Shown here: positions 27,400 through 38,986 of the stretch, in pieces
Position numbering within the stretch: position 1 is the first letter of the stretch
How the letters are laid out: each line of letters opens with the position of its first letter
Assembly (NCBI RefSeq): GCF_013122565.1
Contig: NZ_CP053258.1
Length of the DNA: 64,000 bases
Strand: one strand, 5' to 3'
Source of the DNA: Escherichia coli
GTDB taxonomy: Bacteria > Pseudomonadota > Gammaproteobacteria > Enterobacterales > Enterobacteriaceae
The notes under the pieces: model-generated
The model's database searches: none
Told to the model about the DNA's origin: nothing
Seen by the model: only the letters and a program-made list of their open reading frames with translations
Made by a program: the position numbers and the translations under genes

Positions 27400-28969
27400 T
27401 GTGTTTCTCCGAAACAGATGCGGTGCCTGAAGGCAAAAAATCATGCCAGGTGCTACGTTGTGCAGGCAGGTCGTGCGTCCCTGAGAGGACTATAGTGGAA
27501 GCGCCCGCCAGGATCCTGATGACAGGTTGTGGAATATGCGTTCCCATCGCCAGCATCATGACCAGCAGAATCACCATTGGCGAGGTGGTCAACCAGCCAA
27601 GTTCACCCCGGTTAACGGCCTGCGGCGGTTTCGCCATTAACACCCGCGCAGCCATCCGTACCAGGCCCGCCAGCACCAGCGTTAACAGCAATAACAGCAG
27701 GACGATAATCAGCAGGTGATTACGTGCCAGTCCGGCGGTAACGGTCATAAATTCGCTAAGAAAAATGTTGAAGGGCGGCATCCCTGCCAGCGCCAGCGCA
27801 CCGCCGCCAAACAGCACGGCGGTAAATGGCATGATTTTGAGCATCCCGCAGACGACGTTGAGATCGCGCGTGCCGTACTTGAGCAGTACATTGCCGGAAC
27901 CGCAGAACAGCAGCGTTTTTGCCAGACTGTGGTTTAAGGTGTGCAGCAGCGCGGCAAAAATTCCCAGCGGCCCGCCAATGCCTAACGCCACCGCGACCAG
28001 TCCCATGTTCTCCACGCTGGAGTACGCCAGCAGACGCTTAATGTCCCGCTGCACCAGAATGAAAAATGCCGCCACGGCAACCGACAACATGCCGAAGATG
28101 AGCAACAACCGGTTGGGGAAATCGCTGCCGATGGCCTGGCAAATAATGATGTAATAGCGAATCAGCACCAACAGTGCGCAGTTCAGCAATACGGCGGAGA
28201 GCAGGGCGCTGACCGGACTCGGCGCTTCACTATGAGCATCCGGCAGCCAGGCGTGCATGGGAAATAGCCCGGTTTTGGTGCCAAAGCCAATTAGCACAAA
28301 CACAAAGGCCAACAGCATTAATGTTGGGTCAAGCAAGGACGATTGCTTAAGAACCTCACTCCAGAATATCGCCATTTCTGCCTGCGGCATAACGCTGGCG
28401 GCGTTGGCGTATACCAGCACGGTACCGAACAGACCAAAAGCGACACCAACAGTACAAATAATGATGTACTTCCATGCTGCTTCCAGCGATGAACGCTGAC
28501 CGTAAATGCCTACCAGAAACGCCGAGCTTAAGGTGGTGGCTTCGATCGCCGCCCACATCACAATCAGGTTATTGCTGGTAACAACCAGCAGCATGGTGAA
28601 CAAAAACAGATGAAAGAAACCGTAGTAATCGCACAGCGTAACAGGTGAAAGCTCGCCGTGTGCCACTTCATGACGCATGTAGCCAATCGAGTAAACACCG
28701 GTGAGAAAGCCAATCACACCAAGAATGGCGAGGAACAAACCGCCCAGACCATCAATATGAAGCCACAGTCCCGCAGCGAATATTTCTCCCGCATCAGCGG
28801 CAGTTTGGACCACCCAGAGTGCCAGAATCAGCAGCAGTGTGATCCCTAAGCTATGTAATACTGTCACGGCGCGAGTCGCAGAGTGCCCCCGTTTCCGGCA
28901 GGCAAAACAGAGCAGCGAAAAAAGCAGCGGCGTGAGCAGGAGTAAAGCGAACATCACAGAATAACTCAT
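27389..28969 (-). CDS. hyfF: Hydrogenase-4 membrane subunit, NuoN/antiporter-like
   Basis: 526 aa polytopic membrane protein; Mrp-antiporter/NuoLMN family features. Confidence 0.9.
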   Translation of the reverse strand: MSYSVMFALLLLTPLLFSLLCFACRKRGHSATRAVTVLHSLGITLLLILALWVVQTAADAGEIFAAGLWLHIDGLGGLFLAILGVIGFLTGVYSIGYMRHEVAHGELSPVTLCDYYGFFHLFLFTMLLVVTSNNLIVMWAAIEATTLSSAFLVGIYGQRSSLEAAWKYIIICTVGVAFGLFGTVLVYANAASVMPQAEMAIFWSEVLKQSSLLDPTLMLLAFVFVLIGFGTKTGLFPMHAWLPDAHSEAPSPVSALLSAVLLNCALLVLIRYYIIICQAIGSDFPNRLLLIFGMLSVAVAAFFILVQRDIKRLLAYSSVENMGLVAVALGIGGPLGIFAALLHTLNHSLAKTLLFCGSGNVLLKYGTRDLNVVCGMLKIMPFTAVLFGGGALALAGMPPFNIFLSEFMTVTAGLARNHLLIIVLLLLLLTLVLAGLVRMAARVLMAKPPQAVNRGELGWLTTSPMVILLVMMLAMGTHIPQPVIRILAGASTIVLSGTHDLPAQRSTWHDFLPSGTASVSEKHSER

Positions 28970-28973
28970 CTCA

Positions 28974-29624
28974 TTATCCCTTCAGCGCGGTCAAGTTGTT
29001 CACGTCCAGCGTGCCGTGGGTACGCCATATTTTTCTTGCCAGTAACACCATCACAATGACGGCGAAGATGGCGTCGGTAGCGATACCAATTTCCACCAGT
29101 TCCGGTGCACGCCAGGCTAGAAGCGCCAGCACCAGATGGGAGCCGTTTTCCATCAGGCAGTAACCAAAAATTTGCCGCAGGATATTGCGCTGGCTAACAA
29201 TGCACAGCAGGCCAAGCAGAAAATGACCTAACGCCACCGCCAGCGCCGGTTTCAACCCGGTAGCCATCGGTAGCTTCACGGGCTGAACGACAAATGCGCA
29301 AAGCAGGACAATTAACGCCGCGAGCAGTGCCATCATTGCCGGACCGAATAACGCTTTTTCAGGGATGTTCTGGGGAATATTTCGTGCAGCGTAAGTCATG
29401 ATTAACGGTACCAGCAGCACTTTGGTGATAAAGGCGCTGGCGGACCAGATCAGCAGTTGCTCTGTGGCGAACAGGCACGAGAGAGTGGCGAAAATAGACA
29501 CCAGCACCAGCGACTGGCAGGCGTAAAATCCGCATGACAGGCGATAGCTTTTGACGCTAATCACAAACAGCGATGTCAGCATCATCAGTCCCGCCAGATT
29601 ATTTACGATCATAGAACCGGTCAT
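28974..29624 (-). CDS. hyfE: Hydrogenase-4 membrane subunit (NuoK-like)
   Basis: 216 aa hydrophobic protein, positionally HyfE. Confidence 0.88.
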   Translation of the reverse strand: MTGSMIVNNLAGLMMLTSLFVISVKSYRLSCGFYACQSLVLVSIFATLSCLFATEQLLIWSASAFITKVLLVPLIMTYAARNIPQNIPEKALFGPAMMALLAALIVLLCAFVVQPVKLPMATGLKPALAVALGHFLLGLLCIVSQRNILRQIFGYCLMENGSHLVLALLAWRAPELVEIGIATDAIFAVIVMVLLARKIWRTHGTLDVNNLTALKG

Positions 29625-29635
29625 TCATCATCTCC

Positions 29636-31075
29636 TTACTGCAACCAGGTCGCGGCGATTACGCTGGAAATCAGCGACATCACAATCAGTACAATCAACA
29701 CCAGGCGCATTGACCCTGGCAGCGGTGCGGCATTGGCGACGGCCTCGCTCGGTTTGCCCGGCACGACGCGACCAAACCAGCGAATAAACCAGGCGAAACT
29801 GGCGACCGATTCAATCATCAGCAGAATCATGGCGGGCAGCAGGATCCAGTACTCCACTGACAACGCAAAACCGGCGGCAAACAGCGGGAATTTACTGAAG
29901 AAGCCGTTGAACGGCGGTACGCCGGTAATCGCCAGCGCTGCCACGCAGAAACCCACGCCAGGCAACGGCAGGGTGTGCAATACGCCACGCAGACGCGGCA
30001 ACAAGCGCGTGCCGCAGCTGTAACTCAGCGCACCTGCTACAAGGAAAAACAGGCTTTTAGCGAACGCGTGGTTGACGATGTAGGCGATGCTGCCCTCCAG
30101 CGCCAGCCGCGAGCCGAAGATGGAGAGAGACAAACCGAAGAACATCCAGCCAAGTTGAGTGATGGTCGACCAGGCCAGCAACCGCTTCATATCCTGCTGT
30201 GGCAAATACATCAGAAAGCCATAAAGAATGGTGACCAGGGCCATGACCATGCCAACGCCGCCAATCACATGCGGGATATTGCCGCCGTCGATAATGGCGC
30301 GGGCAAAAATGTAAACGCCCACTTTCACCATCGATGCGGCGTGGAGATAGGCGCTGATCGGTGTTGGCGCTTCCATTGCATCCGGTAGCCACGCTTGCAT
30401 CGGTAGCTGGGCCGATTTCCCCCACGCGGCAAACAGGATGCCGCCATAAACCAGATAACGTGCGTCGCCGTGTAACTCGCTCATCGCGCTAAGCGCAAAC
30501 GTTCCGGTCTGCAAAAACAGCGTGGCGGCGGCAAGATACAACCCCAACGAGCCGATATGAGTGATAAGTAACGCTTTTAGTGCTGAACGCTGCGCTTTAT
30601 CGCTCTGGTAATAACTGATCAACGCCCAGGAGCAGCCGCCCGTAATTTCAAAAAACAACAACTGACCGAGCAGCGTCGAAGAGAGTACCAGTCCCGCCAT
30701 CGCGCCGATAAACAGCAGCAAAAATGCGTAATAACGATTTGTGCCGTTATGCGGGTGTTCGCGATTTTTATCCGTCAGATAACCCGTGGAGTAGATCGTG
30801 ACCAGCAAACCGAGAAACACCACCACAAACAGAATCAGCGTACTCACGCGATCAATGACCAGGCCTAACAACGCCACATCCCCCACGTTGACCAACGTCA
30901 ACGTGACGGCAACTTTATCGGCCTGATAAAACGCGGAGATCAGTGACAACATGCACAGCGTGGTCAGCGCGGCGAACAAAACCCCCCATTCGGCGGCCCG
31001 ACGTTGTGGCGAAAACGAAACGACCAGTGCGCCGATAAAAGGCAGCAATAACGTCGTCAGAGCAAGATTTTCCAT
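29636..31075 (-). CDS. hyfD: Hydrogenase-4 membrane subunit, NuoM/antiporter-like
   Basis: 479 aa polytopic membrane protein of the antiporter-like family. Confidence 0.9.
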   Translation of the reverse strand: MENLALTTLLLPFIGALVVSFSPQRRAAEWGVLFAALTTLCMLSLISAFYQADKVAVTLTLVNVGDVALLGLVIDRVSTLILFVVVFLGLLVTIYSTGYLTDKNREHPHNGTNRYYAFLLLFIGAMAGLVLSSTLLGQLLFFEITGGCSWALISYYQSDKAQRSALKALLITHIGSLGLYLAAATLFLQTGTFALSAMSELHGDARYLVYGGILFAAWGKSAQLPMQAWLPDAMEAPTPISAYLHAASMVKVGVYIFARAIIDGGNIPHVIGGVGMVMALVTILYGFLMYLPQQDMKRLLAWSTITQLGWMFFGLSLSIFGSRLALEGSIAYIVNHAFAKSLFFLVAGALSYSCGTRLLPRLRGVLHTLPLPGVGFCVAALAITGVPPFNGFFSKFPLFAAGFALSVEYWILLPAMILLMIESVASFAWFIRWFGRVVPGKPSEAVANAAPLPGSMRLVLIVLIVMSLISSVIAATWLQ

Positions 31076-31091
31076 ATTCCGTCAGTGCTCC

Positions 31092-32039
31092 TTACAGACC
31101 GGTTAACCAGAAGACCCATGCAAGCGCAGCAAGGCTGAAGCCAAGCCAGGTCACATGGTGAATGAGTAAAAATCGCCCGCGTGCCAGCGTGTTTTCTGCG
31201 ATAGAGGCCAGAACAAAAATCAGCAAAACCTTGAACAGCGTAACGACAAGTGAAATCAGCAGGCAGGCGAGAGAAAGCTCTTGCGCGCGCCCAAAGGGCA
31301 GAAACAGGGCCACAAACAGTGCTGCCATCACGACCTGTTTCAGCCCCAGCCCCCATTTCGCCAACGCCAGCCCGGCACCGGAATATTCGGTCAGCGGGCC
31401 TTCCTGTAATTCCTGTTCTGCTTCAGCAACATCAAAGGGAATTTTTCCCATCTCAATGAAGCAGGCAAAACCACAGGCCAGTAACGCCAGGACGGTGGTT
31501 AGCGGCGAGTTCCAGCCCGTTGCCAGCGTATTGCTGATCATCTCGATATGCGTGGAACCTGCTATCAGCGCCAATACCAGCAGTGAGAGAATGAGCATGG
31601 GTTCGACCAGAATGCCGAGCGTCAACTCGCGACTGGCACCGACTCCCGCAAACGGGCTTCCGGTATCCAGCCCGGAAAGAGCAAAGAAAAAACGAAACAG
31701 GGCAAGAAGATAGATAAGGGTGATCAGATCGCCGCCGCCCGCAAAAGGGGAAACGGTAATAAATAGTGGTAGGGCCATCGCCAGCACCAGCATGCTGCTG
31801 ATTAATACCCACGGCATCAGGCGGAACATCAGACCTGAAGTTGTCGGCGCAACTTCCTGGCGTTTAAACAGTTTGTGGATATCGCGATAATCCTGCCAGA
31901 TCCCCGGTCCGCGGCGGGAGTGCATTCGCGCGCGTATCTGCCGGGAAATACCCGTAAAAAGCGGGGTTAGCATCAGCAGAATCACGGCCTGTGCTAACGC
32001 AAAAATGACCAGATATCCGTCGCAAAGAGTTTGTCTCAT
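31092..32039 (-). CDS. hyfC: Hydrogenase-4 membrane subunit (NuoH/HycD-like)
   Basis: ORF trimmed to MRQTLCDGYLVIFALAQAVILLML... (315 aa). Confidence 0.9.
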   Translation of the reverse strand: MRQTLCDGYLVIFALAQAVILLMLTPLFTGISRQIRARMHSRRGPGIWQDYRDIHKLFKRQEVAPTTSGLMFRLMPWVLISSMLVLAMALPLFITVSPFAGGGDLITLIYLLALFRFFFALSGLDTGSPFAGVGASRELTLGILVEPMLILSLLVLALIAGSTHIEMISNTLATGWNSPLTTVLALLACGFACFIEMGKIPFDVAEAEQELQEGPLTEYSGAGLALAKWGLGLKQVVMAALFVALFLPFGRAQELSLACLLISLVVTLFKVLLIFVLASIAENTLARGRFLLIHHVTWLGFSLAALAWVFWLTGL

Positions 32040-32049
32040 GGTGATTTCC

Positions 32050-34068
32050 TTAGACGGCAATAGCGATTAGCAGCACAACCAGTGCGGTAACCACATACAG
32101 GCAATAGAGACGAAAGTCGCCGCTTTGCAGATGCTGTATTTCTTTGGCCAGCCGTTGGGTGGCGCTCACGATGGGGCGGATCACCCGCTCATCCCAGAAG
32201 GGTTCTGTGCTCTGAGCCCTGGCGGTGACGTGCGCAAGACCTTTATTTAGCCTCAGCGTAGGGTCGAGCTGTTGTCGTAGACGGAATAGCGCAGAAAAGA
32301 CCACACGCAGCGGCTGCATCACGCCATTGCCTGACGGAGCCATCGCGTTTTCCCAGCTGTAGCCGCATGCCCAGGCATCTCCTGTGTGACGAAACGCTGC
32401 GCGGCGCGAACGACACCACAGCCAGTAAAGGCCAGGCAGCAAAGGCATCGCCAGTAGTAACAGCAACAGTAATAAGGGGGTGACCTGTGTATGAAACGTG
32501 CCGGGTACAAGCGCCATTCCGCTGGCGACAGTGACGGGAGGGGTATCGGTAAACGCATGGGCAATATGCATTATCTTCGGTGCCAGCCAACTGGCACTAA
32601 GCGCAATTAATACGCAGAGTGCCGCGAGCAGTAGCATGGCGACGATCATCGTATTTGGCACTTCCTGTGCCTCTTCAGCGTGTGTACTGCGCGGCGCACC
32701 ACAGAAAGTAATACCGTACATTTTGACGAAGCACATTACTGCCAGCCCACCAGTGACTGCCAGCATCACCATAGCAATAGGGCCCGCAAGTTGTAGCGCT
32801 ACGGCTTCCACACGACTTAGTGAGAACAGCGACTGCCAGGTGTACCATTCGCTGATAAAACCATTCAGCGGAGGAATGGCTGATATCGCGAGGCAACCAA
32901 TCAGGCATGCTGCGGCTGTCCACGGCATCCGTTTTGCCAGTGCCCCCATTTTTTCCATGTCGTGGGTATGCAAACGCGAAATAATCGCACCCGCGCCGAG
33001 AAATAGCAGCCCTTTGAACAGCGCATGGTTGAGCAGATGAAACAGCGCGCCGAGCAGTCCAACCACGGTGAGCAGCGGGTCGTGCAGTGACAGACCAATC
33101 ATCGCCACACCGACCGCCAGCAAAATAATGCCGACGTTTTCGACGGTACTCCAGGCCAGCAGCCGTTTGATATCCTGTTCCGCCAGCGCATATAGCACGC
33201 CCAGGAGCGCGGAGATTGTGCCGATCGCCATCACCAGAATGCCCCACCACAGAGGCAAACCCGTTTGCGCCAGCAGATCCATCGCTACTTTCAGGATGCC
33301 GAAAATACCGATTTTGACCATTACACCAGACATCAACGCCGAAGCGTGCGATGGTGCGGCAGGGTGAGCGCGCGGCAACCAGCTGTGCAACGGCATCATC
33401 CCGGCTTTCGCGCCAAAACCGAAAAAGGCCAGCAGGAATACCGCCGACGCCAGCCCCGGAGAAAGTGAAAGCGTGCGGAAACTGGCAAAATCGAGGCTGC
33501 CGCTTTCGCGCCCCATCAGCAAGAAGGCGATCATAATCAGCACCGATCCGGCGTGGGCGATAAAAAAGTAGAGCATGCCAGCGTTGATTGACGTTTTATC
33601 CTGCCTGGCAATGACCAGAAACCAGGAAGACAGCGACATCATTTCAAACAGCACGATGAACCAAAAAGCGTTGTCCATCACCAGCAGGGCAACCATCGAT
33701 GCGATGAAAATATTCATAAAGAAGCCCATCGCCGCCGCGCCTTTGCCCTCGTATTCGCGCATATAAGTCAATGAATAGAGCGAACAAACTACCACTAGCA
33801 AGGAGATAACCAGCACCATAAATGCCGAGAGGCTATCTATTCGCAGAGTTAAATCGGCAAAGTCAAAAGGGGTGGCAAAACGGGCGACTAAAGTTACGCC
33901 TCCATGTAATTGCGTAATTCCGCTGATGATGCCAATCACGCCGCCCACCAGCGATGTGATGCCGGAAAGCTTAATAGCCAGTCTGTCCAGACCGAGTAAA
34001 AACAGCGAAGCCAGACTGGCAAACAGATAGAGGATCAGCGACCAGGTTAATAATTGCAGGGCATCCAT
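32050..34068 (-). CDS. hyfB: Hydrogenase-4 membrane subunit, NuoL/antiporter-like
   Basis: 672 aa; MDALQLLTWSLILYLFASL...; large polytopic antiporter-like protein. Confidence 0.92.
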   Translation of the reverse strand: MDALQLLTWSLILYLFASLASLFLLGLDRLAIKLSGITSLVGGVIGIISGITQLHGGVTLVARFATPFDFADLTLRIDSLSAFMVLVISLLVVVCSLYSLTYMREYEGKGAAAMGFFMNIFIASMVALLVMDNAFWFIVLFEMMSLSSWFLVIARQDKTSINAGMLYFFIAHAGSVLIMIAFLLMGRESGSLDFASFRTLSLSPGLASAVFLLAFFGFGAKAGMMPLHSWLPRAHPAAPSHASALMSGVMVKIGIFGILKVAMDLLAQTGLPLWWGILVMAIGTISALLGVLYALAEQDIKRLLAWSTVENVGIILLAVGVAMIGLSLHDPLLTVVGLLGALFHLLNHALFKGLLFLGAGAIISRLHTHDMEKMGALAKRMPWTAAACLIGCLAISAIPPLNGFISEWYTWQSLFSLSRVEAVALQLAGPIAMVMLAVTGGLAVMCFVKMYGITFCGAPRSTHAEEAQEVPNTMIVAMLLLAALCVLIALSASWLAPKIMHIAHAFTDTPPVTVASGMALVPGTFHTQVTPLLLLLLLLAMPLLPGLYWLWCRSRRAAFRHTGDAWACGYSWENAMAPSGNGVMQPLRVVFSALFRLRQQLDPTLRLNKGLAHVTARAQSTEPFWDERVIRPIVSATQRLAKEIQHLQSGDFRLYCLYVVTALVVLLIAIAV

Positions 34069-34685
34069 TAGCGTTGCTCCTGAGTGAGGGAAAGGGGATC
34101 CTCCCCGCCATTGGCAAACCAGCTTGCGGCAAGGCGCTGTTTTTCTTTCATCTGACGTTGCAGGCTATCGTCGGTGATCAGCCGTAACGCCTGATTCGGG
34201 CAAGCGCGAACGCAGGCCGGACCTTCTGGCAAGAAATCACACAGGTCGCATTTCACCGCGACGGTCTGGACACCCGGTTCCCAGCGCAGCAAAGCATGTT
34301 GTGTTGGCGCGTTTTCTTCGCCGTCTTTGAGTGAGCCTTCAGCCTGAAAAACATATTGCGCAGGGGCATTCACCGGACGGCTTCCTGAAGCGCTGATTGC
34401 GCCAAATGGGCAGACCACGGCGCAAAGCTTGCAGCCAATACAGAGGCTTTCGTTGAGTTGGATCGCATCATCCCTCTGGGAGATGGCATTGACCGGGCAG
34501 ACCTGCAGGCAAGGGGCTTCCTCACAGTGATGACACACGACAGGGGCAGTGAGTGTTGACGTCTTCGCCAGGGCCAGGCGCGGGTGTTGCTGTAAACCTT
34601 GCGTTTTATGCACGTCCGAACAGGCAGCGAGACAGGTATTACATCCTGTACACCACAGTGGTTCGGCCACCACAAAGCGGTTCAT
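34068..34685 (-). CDS. hyfA: Hydrogenase-4 iron-sulfur electron-transfer subunit (HycB-like)
   Basis: ORF trimmed to MNRFVVAEPLWCTGCNTCLAACS... (205 aa); four ferredoxin-type Cys clusters; GGAG RBS before the ATG. Confidence 0.92.
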   Translation of the reverse strand: MNRFVVAEPLWCTGCNTCLAACSDVHKTQGLQQHPRLALAKTSTLTAPVVCHHCEEAPCLQVCPVNAISQRDDAIQLNESLCIGCKLCAVVCPFGAISASGSRPVNAPAQYVFQAEGSLKDGEENAPTQHALLRWEPGVQTVAVKCDLCDFLPEGPACVRACPNQALRLITDDSLQRQMKEKQRLAASWFANGGEDPLSLTQEQR

Positions 34686-34731
34686 GTCGGCTCCTTGAAA
34701 ATGATATGAAACATTGCATTGCATTTCATAT

Positions 34732-34747
34732 TGCATAAAGGATGCCA
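34732..34747 (-). promoter_or_regulatory. Sigma54 (-24/-12) promoter of the hyf operon
   Basis: Minus-strand TGGCATCCTTTATGCA matches TGGCAC-N5-TTGCA spacing and the GG/GC dinucleotides, about 47 bp upstream of the hyfA ATG; consistent with the sigma54-dependent activator gene hyfR in the same locus. Confidence 0.7.
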
Positions 34748-34942
34748 GTCTGATTAATTTAATATATTCAATAAGTTATGAATTAACTGGATTCTGAACG
34801 GTACAAAAATGATGGTCATTAACGTTCAGCAAAAAATGGATTCGACACCCGTGTCGCAGGGGAAAGCGAGAATGTGATCTTGATCACGATAAGTGAAGTG
34901 TGCTGACCGCAAGCGCAGCCAGCACGGAATGGAGCAAAGTAA

Positions 34943-35413
34943 TCAGGCGTGTTCTTTCAGCCAGTTCAGCACAACGTCGTGGTGATTACTGGTTTTGAAA
35001 TCGTCAAAGACATGTTCGATTTTGCCATCAGCGTCAATCAGGAAGCTGATGCGATGAATACCATCGTAGGTTTTGCCCATGAAGGACTTTTCCCCCCAGA
35101 CGCCGAATTGCTCGCACACCTGGTGGTCTTCATCAGACAGGAGCGTAAAGTTAAGCAGCTCTTTTTCCGCAAAACGGGAGAGTTTTTCGGGTTTATCGGT
35201 GCTGATACCCAGCACATCAACGCCCGCTTTTTTCAACTCATCCATGTTATCGCGTAAGCCGCAGGCCTGTACGGTACAGCCGGGGGTCATGGCTTTCGGG
35301 TAGAAATAAACCAGAACACGCTGTCCCTGGAAGTCGGTCAAATTAACTTGTTCTCCGTCTTGATCCGGCAAGCTAAATTTCGGTGCGATATCACCGGCTT
35401 TCAGTGGATTCAT
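34943..35413 (-). CDS. bcp: Thiol peroxidase / bacterioferritin comigratory protein (peroxiredoxin)
   Basis: 156 aa; MNPLKAGDIAPKFSLPDQDGEQVNLTDF...; peroxiredoxin motif PGCT. Confidence 0.94.
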   Translation of the reverse strand: MNPLKAGDIAPKFSLPDQDGEQVNLTDFQGQRVLVYFYPKAMTPGCTVQACGLRDNMDELKKAGVDVLGISTDKPEKLSRFAEKELLNFTLLSDEDHQVCEQFGVWGEKSFMGKTYDGIHRISFLIDADGKIEHVFDDFKTSNHHDVVLNWLKEHA

Positions 35414-35985
35414 TACTTAACTCCATCCTGTTCATCATGTTGGGAATAATTGACGACGTTAATACTGCCTTGTGCATTGAGTTCTGTACATAGGGCTTTG
35501 AACGCTTGCTCAATATTTGCTGCGTCCGCAGATGCGGGGCTGTGGGCAGTAATCTGAATATGCAACTGCGCAGCCCGTTCATTTTCAGCAGGTTGTGTGC
35601 GCGACACCAGCTCCGCAATGTTCATATGATGCGCGTCGAAAAGTGCTGTGAAGCGTTCAATTAAATGCGGGGAGTCTGCAACATCGACCTGAACCCAGAC
35701 AGATGCTGGCATTGGCGGACGCGGACGCGCCGTCGTGCGCTTCATCACGATTAAAAGATCCAGTTCGGCACCTTTCAACGGTAACGTTGATTCAATCAGA
35801 GTAATGGCATTCCATGAACCGGAAAGCAGCATGATAAACGTGAACTCTTCTCCCAGCATCGCCAGGCGACTGTCTTCAATATTACAGCCGCAACTACTGA
35901 CATGACGGGTGATGGTGTTCACAATTCCAGGGCGATCGGCACCCAACGCAGTGATCACCAGATAATGTTGCGATGACAGTGTCAA
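35413..35985 (-). CDS. gcvR: Glycine cleavage system transcriptional repressor (tandem ACT domains)
   Basis: ORF 35413..36051 trimmed to a TTG at 35985 (MTLSSQHYLVITALGADRPGIVN...) to give the 190-aa GcvR I recall; AAGGA RBS upstream. Confidence 0.85.
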   Translation of the reverse strand: MTLSSQHYLVITALGADRPGIVNTITRHVSSCGCNIEDSRLAMLGEEFTFIMLLSGSWNAITLIESTLPLKGAELDLLIVMKRTTARPRPPMPASVWVQVDVADSPHLIERFTALFDAHHMNIAELVSRTQPAENERAAQLHIQITAHSPASADAANIEQAFKALCTELNAQGSINVVNYSQHDEQDGVK

Positions 35986-36130
35986 ACTGGTTATTCCTTT
36001 AAGGGGTGAGTTGTTCTTAAGGAAAGCATAAAAAAAACATGCATACAACAATCAGAACGGTTCTGTCTGCTTGCTTTTAATGCCATACCAAACGTACCAT
36101 TGAGACACTTGTTTGCACAGAGGATGGCCC

Positions 36131-37009
36131 ATGTTCACGGGAAGTATTGTCGCGATTGTTACTCCGATGGATGAAAAAGGTAATGTCTGTCGGGCTAGCT
36201 TGAAAAAACTGATTGATTATCATGTCGCCAGCGGTACTTCGGCGATCGTTTCTGTTGGCACCACTGGCGAGTCCGCTACCTTAAATCATGACGAACATGC
36301 TGATGTGGTGATGATGACGCTGGAGCTGGCTGACGGGCGCATTCCGGTGATTGCCGGAACCGGCGCTAACGCTACTGCGGAAGCCATTAGCCTGACGCAG
36401 CGCTTCAATGACAGCGGTATCGTCGGCTGCCTGACGGTAACCCCTTACTACAATCGTCCGTCGCAAGAAGGTTTGTATCAGCATTTCAAAGCCATCGCTG
36501 AGCATACTGACCTGCCGCAAATTCTGTATAATGTGCCGTCCCGTACTGGCTGCGATCTGCTCCCGGAAACGGTGGGCCGTCTGGCGAAAGTAAAAAATAT
36601 TATCGGAATCAAAGAGGCAACAGGGAACTTAACGCGTGTAAACCAGATCAAAGAGCTGGTTTCAGATGATTTTGTTCTGCTGAGCGGCGATGATGCGAGC
36701 GCGCTGGACTTCATGCAATTAGGCGGTCATGGGGTTATTTCCGTTACGGCTAACGTCGCAGCGCGTGATATGGCCCAGATGTGCAAACTGGCAGCAGAAG
36801 GGCATTTTGCCGAGGCACGCGTTATTAATCAGCGTCTGATGCCATTACACAACAAACTATTTGTCGAACCCAATCCAATCCCGGTGAAATGGGCATGTAA
36901 GGAACTGGGTCTTGTGGCGACCGATACGCTGCGCCTGCCAATGACACCAATCACCGACAGTGGTCGTGAGACGGTCAGAGCGGCGCTTAAGCATGCCGGT
37001 TTGCTGTAA
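36131..37009 (+). CDS. dapA: 4-hydroxy-tetrahydrodipicolinate synthase
   Basis: ORF trimmed to [19 protein letters not shown]... (292 aa). Confidence 0.95.
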   Translation: MFTGSIVAIVTPMDEKGNVCRASLKKLIDYHVASGTSAIVSVGTTGESATLNHDEHADVVMMTLELADGRIPVIAGTGANATAEAISLTQRFNDSGIVGCLTVTPYYNRPSQEGLYQHFKAIAEHTDLPQILYNVPSRTGCDLLPETVGRLAKVKNIIGIKEATGNLTRVNQIKELVSDDFVLLSGDDASALDFMQLGGHGVISVTANVAARDMAQMCKLAAEGHFAEARVINQRLMPLHNKLFVEPNPIPVKWACKELGLVATDTLRLPMTPITDSGRETVRAALKHAGLL

Positions 37010-37025
37010 AGTTTAGGGAGATTTG

Positions 37026-38060
37026 ATGGCTTACTCTGTTCAAAAGTCGCGCCTGGCAAAGGTTGCGGGTGTTTCGCTTGTTTTATTGCTCGCTGCCTGT
37101 AGTTCTGACTCACGCTATAAGCGTCAGGTCAGTGGTGATGAAGCCTACCTGGAAGCGGCACCGCTTGCGGAGCTTCATGCCCCGGCTGGAATGATTTTGC
37201 CGGTGACCTCCGGTGATTATGCAATCCCGGTGACCAACGGTAGTGGTGCTGTCGGTAAGGCGCTGGACATTCGTCCACCAGCCCAGCCGCTGGCACTGGT
37301 TTCTGGCGCGCGTACCCAGTTCACGGGCGATACCGCTTCATTGCTGGTGGAAAATGGTCGTGGCAATACTCTGTGGCCGCAGGTGGTTAGCGTGCTGCAG
37401 GCGAAAAACTACACCATCACCCAACGTGATGATGCTGGTCAGACACTGACCACCGATTGGGTACAATGGAACCGTCTGGACGAAGACGAGCAGTATCGTG
37501 GTCGTTATCAAATCTCTGTTAAGCCGCAGGGTTATCAGCAGGCGGTTACGGTTAAACTGCTGAACCTGGAACAGGCGGGCAAACCGGTTGCAGACGCGGC
37601 TTCCATGCAGCGTTACAGCACGGAGATGATGAACGTTATTTCCGCCGGTCTGGATAAATCTGCCACTGACGCCGCGAACGCTGCGCAAAATCGTGCCTCC
37701 ACCACTATGGACGTACAAAGTGCAGCTGATGACACCGGTTTACCAATGCTGGTCGTACGCGGGCCGTTCAATGTGGTTTGGCAACGTCTGCCAGCGGCGC
37801 TGGAAAAAGTGGGCATGAAAGTGACCGACAGCACCCGTTCGCAGGGCAACATGGCCGTAACTTATAAGCCGCTGTCTGACAGCGACTGGCAGGAACTGGG
37901 CGCGAGCGATCCAGGCCTGGCATCCGGTGACTATAAACTGCAGGTTGGCGATTTAGATAACCGCAGCAGCCTACAGTTCATCGATCCGAAAGGTCATACT
38001 CTGACTCAGAGTCAGAACGACGCGCTGGTATCTGTCTTCCAGGCTGCGTTTAGCAAGTAA
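37026..38060 (+). CDS. bamC: Outer-membrane protein assembly factor BamC (lipoprotein)
   Basis: [27 protein letters not shown]... with lipobox LAAC; 344 aa; 16 bp after dapA (dapA-bamC operon). Confidence 0.94.
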   Translation: MAYSVQKSRLAKVAGVSLVLLLAACSSDSRYKRQVSGDEAYLEAAPLAELHAPAGMILPVTSGDYAIPVTNGSGAVGKALDIRPPAQPLALVSGARTQFTGDTASLLVENGRGNTLWPQVVSVLQAKNYTITQRDDAGQTLTTDWVQWNRLDEDEQYRGRYQISVKPQGYQQAVTVKLLNLEQAGKPVADAASMQRYSTEMMNVISAGLDKSATDAANAAQNRASTTMDVQSAADDTGLPMLVVRGPFNVVWQRLPAALEKVGMKVTDSTRSQGNMAVTYKPLSDSDWQELGASDPGLASGDYKLQVGDLDNRSSLQFIDPKGHTLTQSQNDALVSVFQAAFSK

Positions 38061-38103
38061 AAATACAGGGCTGGAATCATCCGGCCCTTTTTTCTGATAT
38101 GAT

Positions 38104-38119
38104 ACGCAAACGTGTGCGT
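38104..38119 (+). promoter_or_regulatory. PurR operator upstream of purC
   Basis: acgcaaacgtgtgcgt matches the PurR box ACGCAAACGTTTGCGT at 15/16. Confidence 0.7.
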
Positions 38120-38165
38120 CGGCAGGAAAACGCGATTTTAGCGGTAATTCGCACGAAATTTGTTT

Positions 38166-38220
<55 letters not shown>

Positions 38221-38272
38221 ACCAGACAGCAAGAGATTTTAAAACGTTAATTCACACCCAGGAGTGATAAAG

Positions 38273-38986
38273 ATGCAAAAGCAAGCTGAGTTGTATCGTG
38301 GTAAAGCGAAAACCGTATACAGCACGGAAAACCCGGACCTGTTGGTGCTCGAATTCCGCAATGATACGTCAGCAGGGGATGGCGCGCGCATTGAGCAGTT
38401 TGATCGCAAAGGTATGGTGAACAACAAGTTCAACTACTTCATTATGAGCAAACTGGCTGAAGCGGGTATCCCGACTCAAATGGAGCGTCTGCTCTCCGAT
38501 ACCGAATGTCTGGTGAAAAAGCTGGATATGGTACCGGTTGAGTGTGTCGTGCGTAACCGTGCTGCGGGCTCTCTGGTGAAACGTCTTGGAATCGAAGAAG
38601 GTATTGAGCTGAACCCGCCGCTGTTCGATCTGTTTCTGAAAAACGACGCCATGCACGATCCGATGGTCAACGAATCTTACTGCGAAACCTTTGGCTGGGT
38701 AAGCAAAGAGAACCTGGCGCGTATGAAAGAGCTGACCTACAAAGCGAATGACGTGCTGAAAAAACTGTTCGATGATGCTGGTCTGATTCTGGTCGACTTC
38801 AAGCTGGAATTTGGTCTGTACAAAGGCGAAGTGGTACTGGGTGATGAGTTCTCCCCGGACGGTAGCCGCCTGTGGGACAAAGAAACGCTGGAGAAAATGG
38901 ACAAAGACCGTTTCCGCCAGAGCCTCGGTGGCCTGATCGAAGCCTATGAAGCCGTCGCCCGCCGCCTGGGTGTACAGCTGGACTGA
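38273..38986 (+). CDS. purC: SAICAR synthetase
   Basis: ORF trimmed to [28 protein letters not shown]... (237 aa); AGGAG RBS. Confidence 0.95.
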
